Source of the DNA: an uncultured Methanolobus sp.
Lineage (GTDB): Archaea; Halobacteriota; Methanosarcinia; Methanosarcinales; Methanosarcinaceae
Reading direction: 5' to 3'
Length of the DNA: 64,000 nucleotides
Assembly (NCBI GenBank): GCA_963675495.1
Contig: OY776215.1
Location: forward strand, 2,240,001 to 2,304,000
Shown: one piece after another, positions 1 to 8,759 of the stretch
Layout of the letters: each line of letters opens with the position of its first letter
Numbering within the stretch: position 1 is the stretch's first letter
Notes under the pieces: model-generated
What the model was told of the DNA's origin: nothing
Seen by the model: the letters and a program-made list of their open reading frames with translations, nothing else
Databases searched by the model: none
Program-made: the position numbers and the translations under genes

Positions 1-852
1 GGTGTCGTTAAGGCGCCTTGAAGCTATTGCATCCAGCTCATCTATGAAGATGATACTTGGAGATTTTTTCCTTGCCATCTCAAAAAGTTCCCTGACAAGT
101 TTTGCACCATCGCCGATATATTTCTGTATCAGCTCGGAACCTACTACTCTTATGTATGTAGCCTCGGTTCTGTGTGCAACGGCTTTAGCCAGCAAAGTCT
201 TTCCTGTGCCTGGTTCTCCGTAAAGGAGAACACCTTTTGGAGGTGTGATACCTATGCGTGTGAAAGATTCCGGTTTGGTTAATGGCAATTCAACAGATTC
301 TATCAGTTCCTGAATCTGTGCATCCAGTCCTCCGATATCTTCATAGTCAACATCCTGTGATTCCAATACCTCCATTGCTGAAACGGCAGGGTCTTCACTT
401 GCAGGGATGACCTCCACGATAGCAAGTGTTTGCTGGTTCAACGCAACTTTTACACCAGGAACCAGTGAGTCCTCGTTCAGGTATTGTGATACGTTTACCA
501 TGAATTGCGGCCCTGTGGAACTTCTTACAAGGACCTTTTCCTCACTTATAATGTCCATTATGGTTGCAACCACAAGAGGTACGGTCTTCAGGCGATCAAC
601 CTCTGCCTGTAATCTGCGTACTTCACGTTCATATTTGAGTTTCTGACTCTCGACAAAACGTTTTTCAGATTCTACCTGGTCACATTGTTCTTTCAGGAGA
701 TTATTCCTGGATTCTAGCTGTCTCATACGGTCAAGCAGATATTTGGAAAAATCTTCCTCATTATCTGAACCGACATAGTCATAGTCTGCCTTGTTCACAG
801 AGGTAAAATCATACCTTCTGTGCTCAAAGTCACTGTCAGTAGTCTCGCTCAT
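1..852 (-). CDS. pan: Proteasome-activating nucleotidase (AAA+ ATPase), 5' part, runs off window start
   Basis: Manual translation from ATG at 852 (GGAGA SD upstream): [11 protein letters not shown]..., coiled coil ([22 protein letters not shown]), OB domain ([11 protein letters not shown]), [13 protein letters not shown], Walker [19 protein letters not shown], Walker [11 protein letters not shown]. Confidence 0.96.
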   Translation of the reverse strand, partial: MSETTDSDFEHRRYDFTSVNKADYDYVGSDNEEDFSKYLLDRMRQLESRNNLLKEQCDQVESEKRFVESQKLKYEREVRRLQAEVDRLKTVPLVVATIMDIISEEKVLVRSSTGPQFMVNVSQYLNEDSLVPGVKVALNQQTLAIVEVIPASEDPAVSAMEVLESQDVDYEDIGGLDAQIQELIESVELPLTKPESFTRIGITPPKGVLLYGEPGTGKTLLAKAVAHRTEATYIRVVGSELIQKYIGDGAKLVRELFEMARKKSPSIIFIDELDAIASRRLNDT

Positions 853-934
853 GTGTCTCCGAATACTATTTAAGTGCAAACGGTATATAGCCCTTTCGTA
901 AAGAAGAGCTTAGACCCTTTATGAGTTGAGATCT

Positions 935-1423
935 ATGCAGTGTGAAATATGTGGCGCTGAAATAAGAGGCGAGTCTTTTAAAGTTAGCATTGATGGAAGT
1001 GAACTAACCGTATGTGGAAAATGTTCACAATATGGAAAGTCAACTGGCAAACGTGCTCCTGTGTCGAGGAAAGTTGCACCCGTTAGTCGTAGTCCGATGA
1101 CCTCAGGAACCCGCAGACCTCCCAGAAAAGCTCCTGAAATGGTAGTCGATGAGCTTATTGACGACTATGGTCAGGCTATAAGGGAAGCCAGGGAACGTAA
1201 GAAATGGTCACATGATCAGTTGGCTTCAAAGATCAAGGAAAAAGCAATGTTGCTCAAGAAGATCGAGCGTGAGGAAATTACTCCAGAGGATGATGTTCTT
1301 CACAAGATCGAAAAAGCCCTTGATATAAGGCTTACAGAAAAAACAGGTGACAGTGATTGGAGTGGAGACCGCCTTAATCGTGGCACCACACTTGGCGATA
1401 TTGTGAAGATAAAACGTAAATAA
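935..1423 (+). CDS. mbf1: Archaeal multiprotein bridging factor aMBF1 (Zn ribbon + HTH)
   Basis: MQCEICG...CGKC zinc ribbon, HTH (IREARERKKWSHDQLA), C-terminal TLGDIVKIK; divergent from pan, a common archaeal arrangement. Confidence 0.93.
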   Translation: MQCEICGAEIRGESFKVSIDGSELTVCGKCSQYGKSTGKRAPVSRKVAPVSRSPMTSGTRRPPRKAPEMVVDELIDDYGQAIREARERKKWSHDQLASKIKEKAMLLKKIEREEITPEDDVLHKIEKALDIRLTEKTGDSDWSGDRLNRGTTLGDIVKIKRK

Positions 1424-1440
1424 GGACAATTAGTGATAAA

Positions 1441-2256
1441 ATGAGTCTTGACGGTAAAAATCTGGGATTTATAGGAACCGGGAAAATGGGCAGCGCATTA
1501 ATAAATGGGATATGCAATGCTGGGCTCTTTTCCCCTTCCAATGTATATGCAAGTGATCTTTATGAACCATCTCTTGATGCGTTGAAGCAAAATGCAGGTA
1601 TCAATGTATCCACTGACAATAAAGTTACAGTCGTCAACTCTGACGTAATTGTACTTGCAGTCAAGCCGCAGATACTCCGAAAAGTGATATCATCCATAAA
1701 AGATGATGTCACTGAAGACAAGTTGATTATCTCTATTGCTGCCGGTGTCAAGCTGGAAGAAATCGAAAAGGAATTCAATGAGGGTACTAGCGTTGTAAGG
1801 GTTATGCCAAACATAGCTGCAACAGTTGCAGAGGCTGCTTCTGCTATCACTCAGGGAAAGAACGCATCAAAAGAAGATGCAGAGGACGCACTTTCAATAT
1901 TCCGTTCAGTTGGGAGTGCAATTCAGGTCTCTGAGAACCTCATGGATGCCGTGACCGGTCTTTCTGGTAGTGGTCCTGCCTATATATTCCCGGTAATAGA
2001 AGCAATGGCAGATGGCGCTGTATACGAAGGACTGGACAGGGAAAGTGCACTTATCCTTGCAGCTCAGACAGTAATTGGCGCTGCAAAAATGGTACTTGAT
2101 ACTGGCATGCATCCTGGTGAGCTCAAAGACATGGTAACTTCGCCATCAGGAACCACTATTCGTGCTGTTCGTGTTCTGGAAGAAAGTGGTGTAAGGGCAG
2201 CTTTCATGAATGCAGTGATCGAGTCATCAAACCGTTCTAAAGAATTAGCCAAATAA
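1441..2256 (+). CDS. proC: Pyrroline-5-carboxylate reductase
   Basis: GFIGTGKMG Rossmann motif, LAVKPQ, VVRVMPN, GLSGSGPAY, VTSPSGTT. Confidence 0.96.
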   Translation: MSLDGKNLGFIGTGKMGSALINGICNAGLFSPSNVYASDLYEPSLDALKQNAGINVSTDNKVTVVNSDVIVLAVKPQILRKVISSIKDDVTEDKLIISIAAGVKLEEIEKEFNEGTSVVRVMPNIAATVAEAASAITQGKNASKEDAEDALSIFRSVGSAIQVSENLMDAVTGLSGSGPAYIFPVIEAMADGAVYEGLDRESALILAAQTVIGAAKMVLDTGMHPGELKDMVTSPSGTTIRAVRVLEESGVRAAFMNAVIESSNRSKELAK

Positions 2257-2423
2257 TCCTTGCTCCTAAAACCATATTGCATATCTCCCAAAATAGAAAA
2301 GTTTATTATATTAAAAAGTTTTAACTATAATTGAGCTAGGGAATCCAGACATAGGTGCGGGAAGTTAAAAACGTAGTTCAAGAGATATGCATATGGAAAA
2401 ATTGTACAAGGGGATTTTGTGGG

Positions 2424-2798
2424 ATGGGGATTGATATTAAGTCTTTTGCTGTAATTCGAGGGGATAATGCTGACAAGGTCAATGTGGCATTACATGACCT
2501 TGAGCACTATGGAAGAATGAGGTTTGCATCAAAACCGAAAAGAATTGAGCCGCTTTACGCTGATAACCTTCTTGTTAGTGTTGCAGGTGTACCACTTAGG
2601 GCTAAATGTAATTCTGCAGCGTTGGTGGAACTCGACAACAATGCCGGTGCTGCCATTAGTAAATTAAGGAAGATACATCCGCCTGCTCATGTGGTAATAG
2701 TAAGTCCAAGACATGAGGTTTATGAAGAACTCATGGATAAGTCAGAACTATATCCGGAGTTCGAGCGGAATTTTGAACCTCAACACAATTTAGGATAA
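2424..2798 (+). CDS. DUF356 family archaeal conserved protein
   Basis: AVIRGDN..ALHDLEHYG...LRKIHPPAHVVIVS signature; start placed at ATG 2424. Confidence 0.8.
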   Translation: MGIDIKSFAVIRGDNADKVNVALHDLEHYGRMRFASKPKRIEPLYADNLLVSVAGVPLRAKCNSAALVELDNNAGAAISKLRKIHPPAHVVIVSPRHEVYEELMDKSELYPEFERNFEPQHNLG

Positions 2799-2808
2799 TG
2801 AATTTATC

Positions 2809-3276
2809 TCAAAAAGAATCCGTAACGTCAGCAGAATTAGTTATTTCTTTTAGTTTTCTAACGTAGCTTGGAAGACTTTCAACATCTTTTATCTCTTTCT
2901 GGACCAGACCGATAATCAAATCTCTGATTCTCGTTTCTGGGTTTGAATCCAATGATTGGAGATTTTCTACAAGCTTTGAAGCCAGCATATTTCCTCTTCT
3001 GTCCCAGTCAGTAAGAATAACTATTCTTTGACCACTTCCTGCAAGTTCCTCGCAAAAGTTGATAAGGGAATGGTGGGTTGCAAGACGGAAATCTCCTGTT
3101 AGGCCCAAGGTCTTAAGGGCAATAATGTCTCTTTTCCCTTCAACCACAATTATTGAATCTTGCATAGCAAGTTCCTGTAATTCATCCAGTAGTTCTTCGA
3201 TCAGTTCCAGTCTTTTCTGATAAACAGCAAAAGGTGCTTTTAATGGTCGTTTTGAATATGAGTCTCTTCTTTGCAT
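2809..3276 (-). CDS. Small TOPRIM-domain protein (UPF0292-like)
   Basis: IIVVEGKRD and ILTDWDRRG TOPRIM motifs, IKDVESL C-terminus. Confidence 0.9.
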   Translation of the reverse strand: MQRRDSYSKRPLKAPFAVYQKRLELIEELLDELQELAMQDSIIVVEGKRDIIALKTLGLTGDFRLATHHSLINFCEELAGSGQRIVILTDWDRRGNMLASKLVENLQSLDSNPETRIRDLIIGLVQKEIKDVESLPSYVRKLKEITNSADVTDSF

Positions 3277-3410
3277 GAGAACATCCGTTGCTATCCTTTT
3301 AAAATACTGGTTTAAGAATTACTTCTCATCAGATTAAAGACTGACCTTTAAATCTGGGGGTAACATATTTTTAAAAAGTGCAGACGAAAAATCGTTATTT
3401 ATAAGTAAAT

Positions 3411-3467
3411 GCCCTGCCGTAATGAAAAGCAAACTTTCGGGATCGGAGGATCTTTAACGGCAAGGGG
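3411..3467. other. Branched stem-loop (possible three-way junction) just downstream of the small ORF
   Basis: Outer stem CCC-TGCCGT (3412-3420)/ACGGCA-AGGG (3457-3466) enclosing GAAAAG-caaa-CTTTC and GATC-ggag-GATC hairpins; GC-rich within an AT-rich spacer. Confidence 0.55.
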
Positions 3468-3474
3468 ATAATAT

Positions 3475-3555
3475 TCACTTATAATAACGAACGAATTCTT
3501 CAAATTGTTCATAGTGGCTGGCTCTTTCTACCAGGTTTTCGAAATATTCATCCAT
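3475..3555 (-). CDS. Putative 26-aa small protein MDEYFENLVERASHYEQFEEFVRYYK
   Basis: SD GAGGTGA (3567-3561) 5 nt before ATG, TATA-like TTAATATA (~3597-3590) upstream, TGA stop at 3477-3475; below the ORF track cutoff. Confidence 0.65.
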   Translation of the reverse strand: MDEYFENLVERASHYEQFEEFVRYYK

Positions 3556-3652
3556 GTATTTCACCTCAGGTACTAGATTGTCATATGCATATATTAAGCA
3601 AAGGCAAGCAGGGTGAAAGTATTGGAATAATCATCTAAGCGGATAATTTATA

Positions 3653-3973
3653 CTAATGCTGCGGCAGTTTGCTTTCAAGGGTCTTAACGGCAGTGCTATA
3701 TTCAACATTCTCTAAAAGAAGAGATTTTTTAGAATTGTGTATTCCATTCACAATGGAAATATCAGCTGACCTTAGTTGGAAAAGACCAGCGAGGCTGGCT
3801 ATAAGCTGTTCATTGGCCTTGCCTTTCTGGGCATTCTGTGACAAACGCACTTCTATGCGTTTTCTCCATAGATTATAGCCGCTTGGAACACAAAGCTTCT
3901 TTGATCCCGGAGTGACCTCAATATCAATAATTACTCCAGAATCAACTTTTTTCAATGCATCCTCAAAAGACAT
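3653..3973 (-). CDS. DUF167/YggU (UPF0235) family protein
   Basis: IEVTPGSK...YNLWRKRIEV...AQKGKANEQLI...G..SKK pattern. Confidence 0.9.
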   Translation of the reverse strand: MSFEDALKKVDSGVIIDIEVTPGSKKLCVPSGYNLWRKRIEVRLSQNAQKGKANEQLIASLAGLFQLRSADISIVNGIHNSKKSLLLENVEYSTAVKTLESKLPQH

Positions 3974-4011
3974 TTATTGCACCATCAAATAATCTATCAA
4001 TCCAAAACAGG

Positions 4012-4205
4012 TAATGTGGATAGGATAATGCTGTCGTCTGACGCACTAACTCCGGGATATCATCCTATGGATTTTCCGCTGTCCATCCCAGTTTCCCTCG
4101 TGACAGGCTTTATCGCACTATCCAGTGTAGCGTATTGAGGTTGTCTGTACAATCACCGATAGGCTCTGCCATAATCTCATGCAAGGACCTAACAATACGC
4201 ACTTC
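4012..4205 (-). ncRNA. Candidate two-hairpin archaeal box H/ACA pseudouridylation guide RNA
   Basis: Minus strand: TATA TTTATATG (~4230-4223); hairpin 1 GCGUAUUG/CAAUACGC followed by U-ACA (4128-4126) with a K-turn-like AUGAGA...UGA; hairpin 2 GGAUAG/CUAUCC followed by ACA (4017-4015) with upper stem CUGUC/GACAG; pocket-to-ACA spacing about 13-15 nt. Confidence 0.72.
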
Positions 4206-4257
4206 CAATACAACGCGTGACGCATATAAAGATGGCGTCTTGAATATCTACACATAC

Positions 4258-5574
4258 TTAGCAACGTTTATACTCTCGACACTTTTCCACAAAACTCTTC
4301 ACCGGGAAAGAAGCCGGATGCGCATGCATATAGCTTGCAAGTGCATTATGTTCAGTAAGTCCGTCCTTACCATCAACTATTCCTTTTCCTCTCTTCATTT
4401 CGTATGCAAGTTTTGCATCATTGTCGCAGTATGTCGCAGAATAATGGAATTCATGCCCTCTAATTGTTCCCTTGATAAAGTCTCCATTGGCGTGTCCCTC
4501 TGTATAGCCTAGGGCCTGAAGTTTCTTTGTCAGCACAGTCTGCGCAGGGAGTACGTCTGCCATTTTGTGGACTGTTCCTTCTATTTCATATGATGTGGAA
4601 AGATACTGCAACCCACCACATTCTCCATAGATGGGTATCCCCTTTGCAGAGAGGTCTTTAAGGGATTTTGTGGTCTTTGATTTTTCAAGCTCTGAGATAT
4701 AGAGTTCAGGATAGCCACCTCCAAAATACAATCCGTCAACTTCGGGAAGTTCGTTCTTCAAAGGACTGAAGAAAACTGGCTCAGCACCTTCTCTTCTAAA
4801 AGCATCGAACATTTCCTGATAGTAGAAACAAAAAGCACTGTCATATGCAATACCAATTCTCACATCGGATTCTCTATCTGTCCCTCCTGGGTATTTGTCT
4901 GCATTAGAAGCTGTTTCTGAAAGTGATATTATAGCATCAAGATCGATATTTTCCTCGATGAAAGATGCAAGTGATTCGGTATCGAAGTCCTGTTCATGTG
5001 CCATATAAAGTCCAAGATGACGTGAAGGAACGGTCACATCCTTGTTACGTGGAAGGGTTCCTACAACAGGGATGTCAGGTATTGAATCAATTATCATCTG
5101 TGCATGTCTTGGGCTTCCAACCTTGTTCAGTATCACTCCGGCAATGTTCACATCCTTATCAAATTCTGAAAAACCCTTAACAATGGCTGCAGCACTTCTT
5201 GACATCCCGTGTACATTCACAATAAGTATGACTGGTATGTCTAGTGTTTTTGCAACGTGAGCGGAACTTGCGATCTCGGTTGCTCCCATTCCATCAAAAA
5301 GTCCCATTACTCCTTCAACAACGTTGATATCAGCATTTTCAGAGTGTTGTGAAAAAGTATTTTTCACTCCTTCTACCTGCATCATGAATGTATCCAAATT
5401 TCTTGAGGGCTTGCCGCAGATGGCTGTGTGATATGTAGGGTCGATGTAATCGGGTCCAACCTTGAAGGGCTGTACTTCCATTTCTCTTCTCTTCAGGGCT
5501 GCCATAATGCCCATGGATACCGTTGTTTTTCCAACACCACTGTTTGTTCCTGCGAGTAACACCGCTTTTGTCAT
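4258..5574 (-). CDS. cbiA: Cobyrinate a,c-diamide synthase (CbiA/CobB family; CfbB paralog not excluded)
   Basis: GTNSGVGKTT, PFKVGPDYIDP, VEGVMGLFDG, SRHLGL, GATase GGYPE/YGECGG/GHEFHYS. Confidence 0.9.
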   Translation of the reverse strand: MTKAVLLAGTNSGVGKTTVSMGIMAALKRREMEVQPFKVGPDYIDPTYHTAICGKPSRNLDTFMMQVEGVKNTFSQHSENADINVVEGVMGLFDGMGATEIASSAHVAKTLDIPVILIVNVHGMSRSAAAIVKGFSEFDKDVNIAGVILNKVGSPRHAQMIIDSIPDIPVVGTLPRNKDVTVPSRHLGLYMAHEQDFDTESLASFIEENIDLDAIISLSETASNADKYPGGTDRESDVRIGIAYDSAFCFYYQEMFDAFRREGAEPVFFSPLKNELPEVDGLYFGGGYPELYISELEKSKTTKSLKDLSAKGIPIYGECGGLQYLSTSYEIEGTVHKMADVLPAQTVLTKKLQALGYTEGHANGDFIKGTIRGHEFHYSATYCDNDAKLAYEMKRGKGIVDGKDGLTEHNALASYMHAHPASFPVKSFVEKCREYKRC

Positions 5575-5663
5575 GGAGTTAATTGTGTACAGTTTCTATA
5601 TATGTGTTATTCTTCTGGGTGTTTATTCAATATGTTTAAATAAATAACGTCTATCTAAGTACT

Positions 5664-6590
5664 ATGTCTCCCGCAGGAAAAGGGGAAGTTCTCACAGACT
5701 CTTACGGTCGTACGGTCAGGAGTCTGAGGATGTCCATAACCGATCGTTGTAATCTTAATTGCATCTACTGCCATAACGAAGGTCATGTTGGCCACAGTCC
5801 TGAGATGTCCGTAGATACTATCGTCAACATTGTAGAGGTCGGTTCGCAATTCGGGATAGACCGGTTGAAACTATCGGGGGGAGAGCCTCTTATAAGGAAA
5901 GATCTTGAAGAAGCACTTGTCCGTCTTCCGGATATGAAAGATGTATCTCTTACCACCAATGCCACCATGCTTCGGGACAGGGCATCATCTCTTAAAGATG
6001 CAGGTCTTGACAGAGTGAACATAAGCCTTGATTCCCTTGATCCTGAAAAATATCGAAAGATAACCAATTGTGTCAAATGTACATTTGATAAAGTCCTTGA
6101 TGGCATCCATGAAGCAGTTGATGCAGGACTTACTCCTGTTAAACTGAATATGGTCCTTTTGAAAGATTTCAATGACAATGAGATCAAAGATATGCTGGAC
6201 TTCACCCGTGGTTATAATGGTGATGTGATACTGCAGCTCATCGAACTTATGGATTTCGGGGGTCTTCCTCAATACAAGATAGATGCCAATGAGGTGGAAA
6301 GGTCTTTACTTTCTGCTTCCTCGGATGTTCAGGTTCGTGAGTTACACAAGAGGAAAAAATATATCATTAATGGTGCAGAAGTTGAGTTTGTCAGACCAGT
6401 GGATAATACGGAATTTTGTGCAAACTGCAACAGGCTGAGGGTCTCTGCAGATGGGAAGCTCAAACCATGCCTGCTGGTAAACGACAATCTGGTAGATGTC
6501 TCAAATGCCAGCAAAGATGAATTACCTGATCTTTTCAGGCTGGCAGTAAGCAGAAGAGTGCCTTTTTGCAGGAACTTACAGGAGTTTTAA
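5664..6590 (+). CDS. moaA: GTP 3',8-cyclase (radical SAM, Moco biosynthesis)
   Basis: DSYGR..LRMSITDRCNLNCIYCH, GGEPL, C-terminal FCANCNRLR...KLKPCL. Confidence 0.95.
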   Translation: MSPAGKGEVLTDSYGRTVRSLRMSITDRCNLNCIYCHNEGHVGHSPEMSVDTIVNIVEVGSQFGIDRLKLSGGEPLIRKDLEEALVRLPDMKDVSLTTNATMLRDRASSLKDAGLDRVNISLDSLDPEKYRKITNCVKCTFDKVLDGIHEAVDAGLTPVKLNMVLLKDFNDNEIKDMLDFTRGYNGDVILQLIELMDFGGLPQYKIDANEVERSLLSASSDVQVRELHKRKKYIINGAEVEFVRPVDNTEFCANCNRLRVSADGKLKPCLLVNDNLVDVSNASKDELPDLFRLAVSRRVPFCRNLQEF

Positions 6591-6592
6591 AA

Positions 6593-6742
6593 ATGGAAGT
6601 TGAATTAATAGTGGACGGAAAAAATATTGAGATAAATCACTTCGTCAAGGCCATACTGGGCAACACGGTACTTGGTGCCGCAGCAACCTTGCATGGTGTT
6701 GAAAAGGATAGCAAAGAGATCCTTATCAAAGTAAAGCAATAA
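6593..6742 (+). CDS. 49-aa protein resembling the stand-alone C-terminal domain of MobB-type proteins
   Basis: GGAG SD inside the moaA end, ATG 2 nt after moaA stop; MEVELIVDGKNIEINHFVKAILGNTVLGAAATLHGVEKDSKEILIKVKQ*, followed by a T-rich terminator. Confidence 0.75.
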   Translation: MEVELIVDGKNIEINHFVKAILGNTVLGAAATLHGVEKDSKEILIKVKQ

Positions 6743-6780
6743 TTTCAGTTTTTCTCTTTTTATTTGTTTTGAAACCTGCC

Positions 6781-7569
6781 TTACAGCAGGTGCTCAATTT
6801 CTGAAAAGTCTATTGGGGAAGTTGCATCAAGTGATATTGGTGTCACTGAGACGTTTCCATTCTGCATTATAGCACGGACATCAGTACCTTCTTCTTCGTC
6901 CGCGATCAATTCTCCTGCTATCCAGTAATATGGTCTTCCTCTGGGGTCATGCCGTTCTTCCACGTCGGTCTTGAAGAATTTCCTGGCAAGGCGTGTAATC
7001 TCTATCTCCGGGTCATTTTCAACAAGATGTGGTATATTGATATTGAGCAAATCCACTTTATCGGGGAGTCCATGCTCCAGGACTTTCTTTGCTATCTTGT
7101 TGACAACTTTTATGGCCACATCATAATCATGCTTGAATTCCCTGTTGTCGTCAAACTTGTCGCCTTCTTCCATAACCTGTATGGATGCAGCAATGGCTGG
7201 TATGTCATAACTCGCACCTTCCAATGCAGCACCTATCGTGCCTGATGTGGTTATTGTGTCTGTGCTAATGTTTTCTCCGATATTGAATCCAGAAAGAATG
7301 AGGTCAGGCATTTGTTTCATGACTGAGAATATTCCAAGTATGACTGAATCAGTGGGTGTACCGGCAACAGCATTGACCTCAATCCCATTAATTGTGGTCT
7401 TTGTTATCCGGAGCGGTTCAAAAATAGATATTGAGCGGCCAACGCCACTCTGCTGCATCATGGGGGCAGAGACTGTTACATCTCCCAGGTCAGCAACACT
7501 TTTATGGGCAGCATGTATGCCTGTAGAATAAACACCGTCATCATTTGTGACTAATATCTTTTTTGACAT
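6781..7569 (-). CDS. surE: 5'/3'-nucleotidase SurE
   Basis: ILVTNDDG, QQSGVG, GTPTDSV, SGFNIGEN, SGTIGAA, DPRGRPYYW. Confidence 0.96.
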   Translation of the reverse strand: MSKKILVTNDDGVYSTGIHAAHKSVADLGDVTVSAPMMQQSGVGRSISIFEPLRITKTTINGIEVNAVAGTPTDSVILGIFSVMKQMPDLILSGFNIGENISTDTITTSGTIGAALEGASYDIPAIAASIQVMEEGDKFDDNREFKHDYDVAIKVVNKIAKKVLEHGLPDKVDLLNINIPHLVENDPEIEITRLARKFFKTDVEERHDPRGRPYYWIAGELIADEEEGTDVRAIMQNGNVSVTPISLDATSPIDFSEIEHLL

Positions 7570-7633
7570 GCTTACATCATTGTAAGTTCATGCCTTAAAA
7601 GTAATGGATAAAAAAATAGGTTTCAATGGTCAT

Positions 7634-8059
7634 TCAAACGTTTGCATACATCCTGTCTTTCCGGCGTGTGGATGCAGCAAAGTTTTCCTGTTCACCCATG
7701 TCTGCAAGTGCTTTGATATTTTCAAGTACTTCAATATTCGCACTCATTTCATCAAGATCGAGTATCATTTGAATTATATTCTTGTTCTGCTCACTGGTAA
7801 GGCATGGACTGTCCTTTACTATTTCAAGTAGTATGGATGCATCATCTATTACCTGTGCCAGTATGGTCCTGTCCATATATTCTTTTGCAAGCTCAGAATC
7901 GCTGCTTTTAAGGGTTTCATTGAACTCATTTAGCTGTTCTTCGAATAATCCAACATCATAATGTGAACTTCTAAAGATTTTCTTAATGTAATCCTCTCTG
8001 TACACATGTTTTGAATTTTTAAGAACCTTCAAAAATTTCCTGTAGTCCATTGTTTTCAC
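7634..8059 (-). CDS. Hypothetical helical protein
   Basis: 141-aa ORF with plausible composition; no motif recognised. Confidence 0.6.
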   Translation of the reverse strand: MKTMDYRKFLKVLKNSKHVYREDYIKKIFRSSHYDVGLFEEQLNEFNETLKSSDSELAKEYMDRTILAQVIDDASILLEIVKDSPCLTSEQNKNIIQMILDLDEMSANIEVLENIKALADMGEQENFAASTRRKDRMYANV

Positions 8060-8146
8060 CCTATGGCTGCATGTAGGTACCTGTTACCTTATTTCTGTGC
8101 GTTTATCCTCTCAACAGGCCCTATGAGTCAGGTCAATTGTAAAATT

Positions 8147-8428
8147 TTACTGGCTGAGACTTGCTTCACTTTCAAGATTGTATTTAACTGTCTCGTTGAG
8201 GAATGCCTTATTCATAATGTATGCTTGAGCAAACTGTCCACCATTGACATCATATTCACTTTCTGCATCAATTCCAAAATCTTCTTCCATTTCATCGATT
8301 ATTGAATCGCAAAGATATACTTGCAGATCGCCTCTGGCATCCATGAATACGGATGGTCTGACGCCTGTGTTGCTATACTCCTCTACAATCCCTCTGAATA
8401 CTAATGACATATAACGCATTGATTCCAT
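8147..8428 (-). CDS. Hypothetical acidic protein
   Basis: 93-aa ORF preceded by GGTGATG SD-like sequence; no motif recognised. Confidence 0.6.
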   Translation of the reverse strand: MESMRYMSLVFRGIVEEYSNTGVRPSVFMDARGDLQVYLCDSIIDEMEEDFGIDAESEYDVNGGQFAQAYIMNKAFLNETVKYNLESEASLSQ

Positions 8429-8759
8429 CGATCATCACCAATACACTCCTTCTTGTGACCATACACTTAAATGTAATGTTCTATTAATTCAATAAATGTA
8501 CGTGAATTGCTATTTTATGTTCATAAAGTGTTCTGAAATAATTATTTTTTTGAGTAAAACAATATCATGTGGCATGTTGGTCTATGTATATTTATATGGG
8601 TGCATATATACTACAGACAATAATTTATTTTTTGAATGTTATTCCTTTGATAAGAAATGTTTTTAATCATTGGGGCGATACTTGGAAGAATAAATTAGAC
8701 TTAAAATGAATTAGATTAAAAACGAATTATACTTAAACAATCATCCAGTTGGAATATTT

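Noticed and set aside
3330-3356. Imperfect inverted repeat CAGATTAAAG...CTTTAAATCTG upstream of the TOPRIM gene
   Set aside because: Single, imperfect and AT-rich; could be a terminator or operator but has no independent support
3411-3477. SECIS-like element or hammerhead ribozyme after the TGA of the small ORF
   Set aside because: No CUGANGA/GAAA hammerhead core; read-through would add only a few residues; Methanosarcinaceae are not known to use selenocysteine
4012-4205. RNase P RNA, SRP RNA or cobalamin riboswitch (next to cbiA; contains GAGGGAAAC...AAAUCC)
   Set aside because: Lacks the RNase P GAGGAAAGUCC and AACAGAA..GGCUUA elements and the SRP helix-8 motif. It lies downstream, not upstream, of cbiA and has no B12 box. 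The H/ACA architecture fits better.
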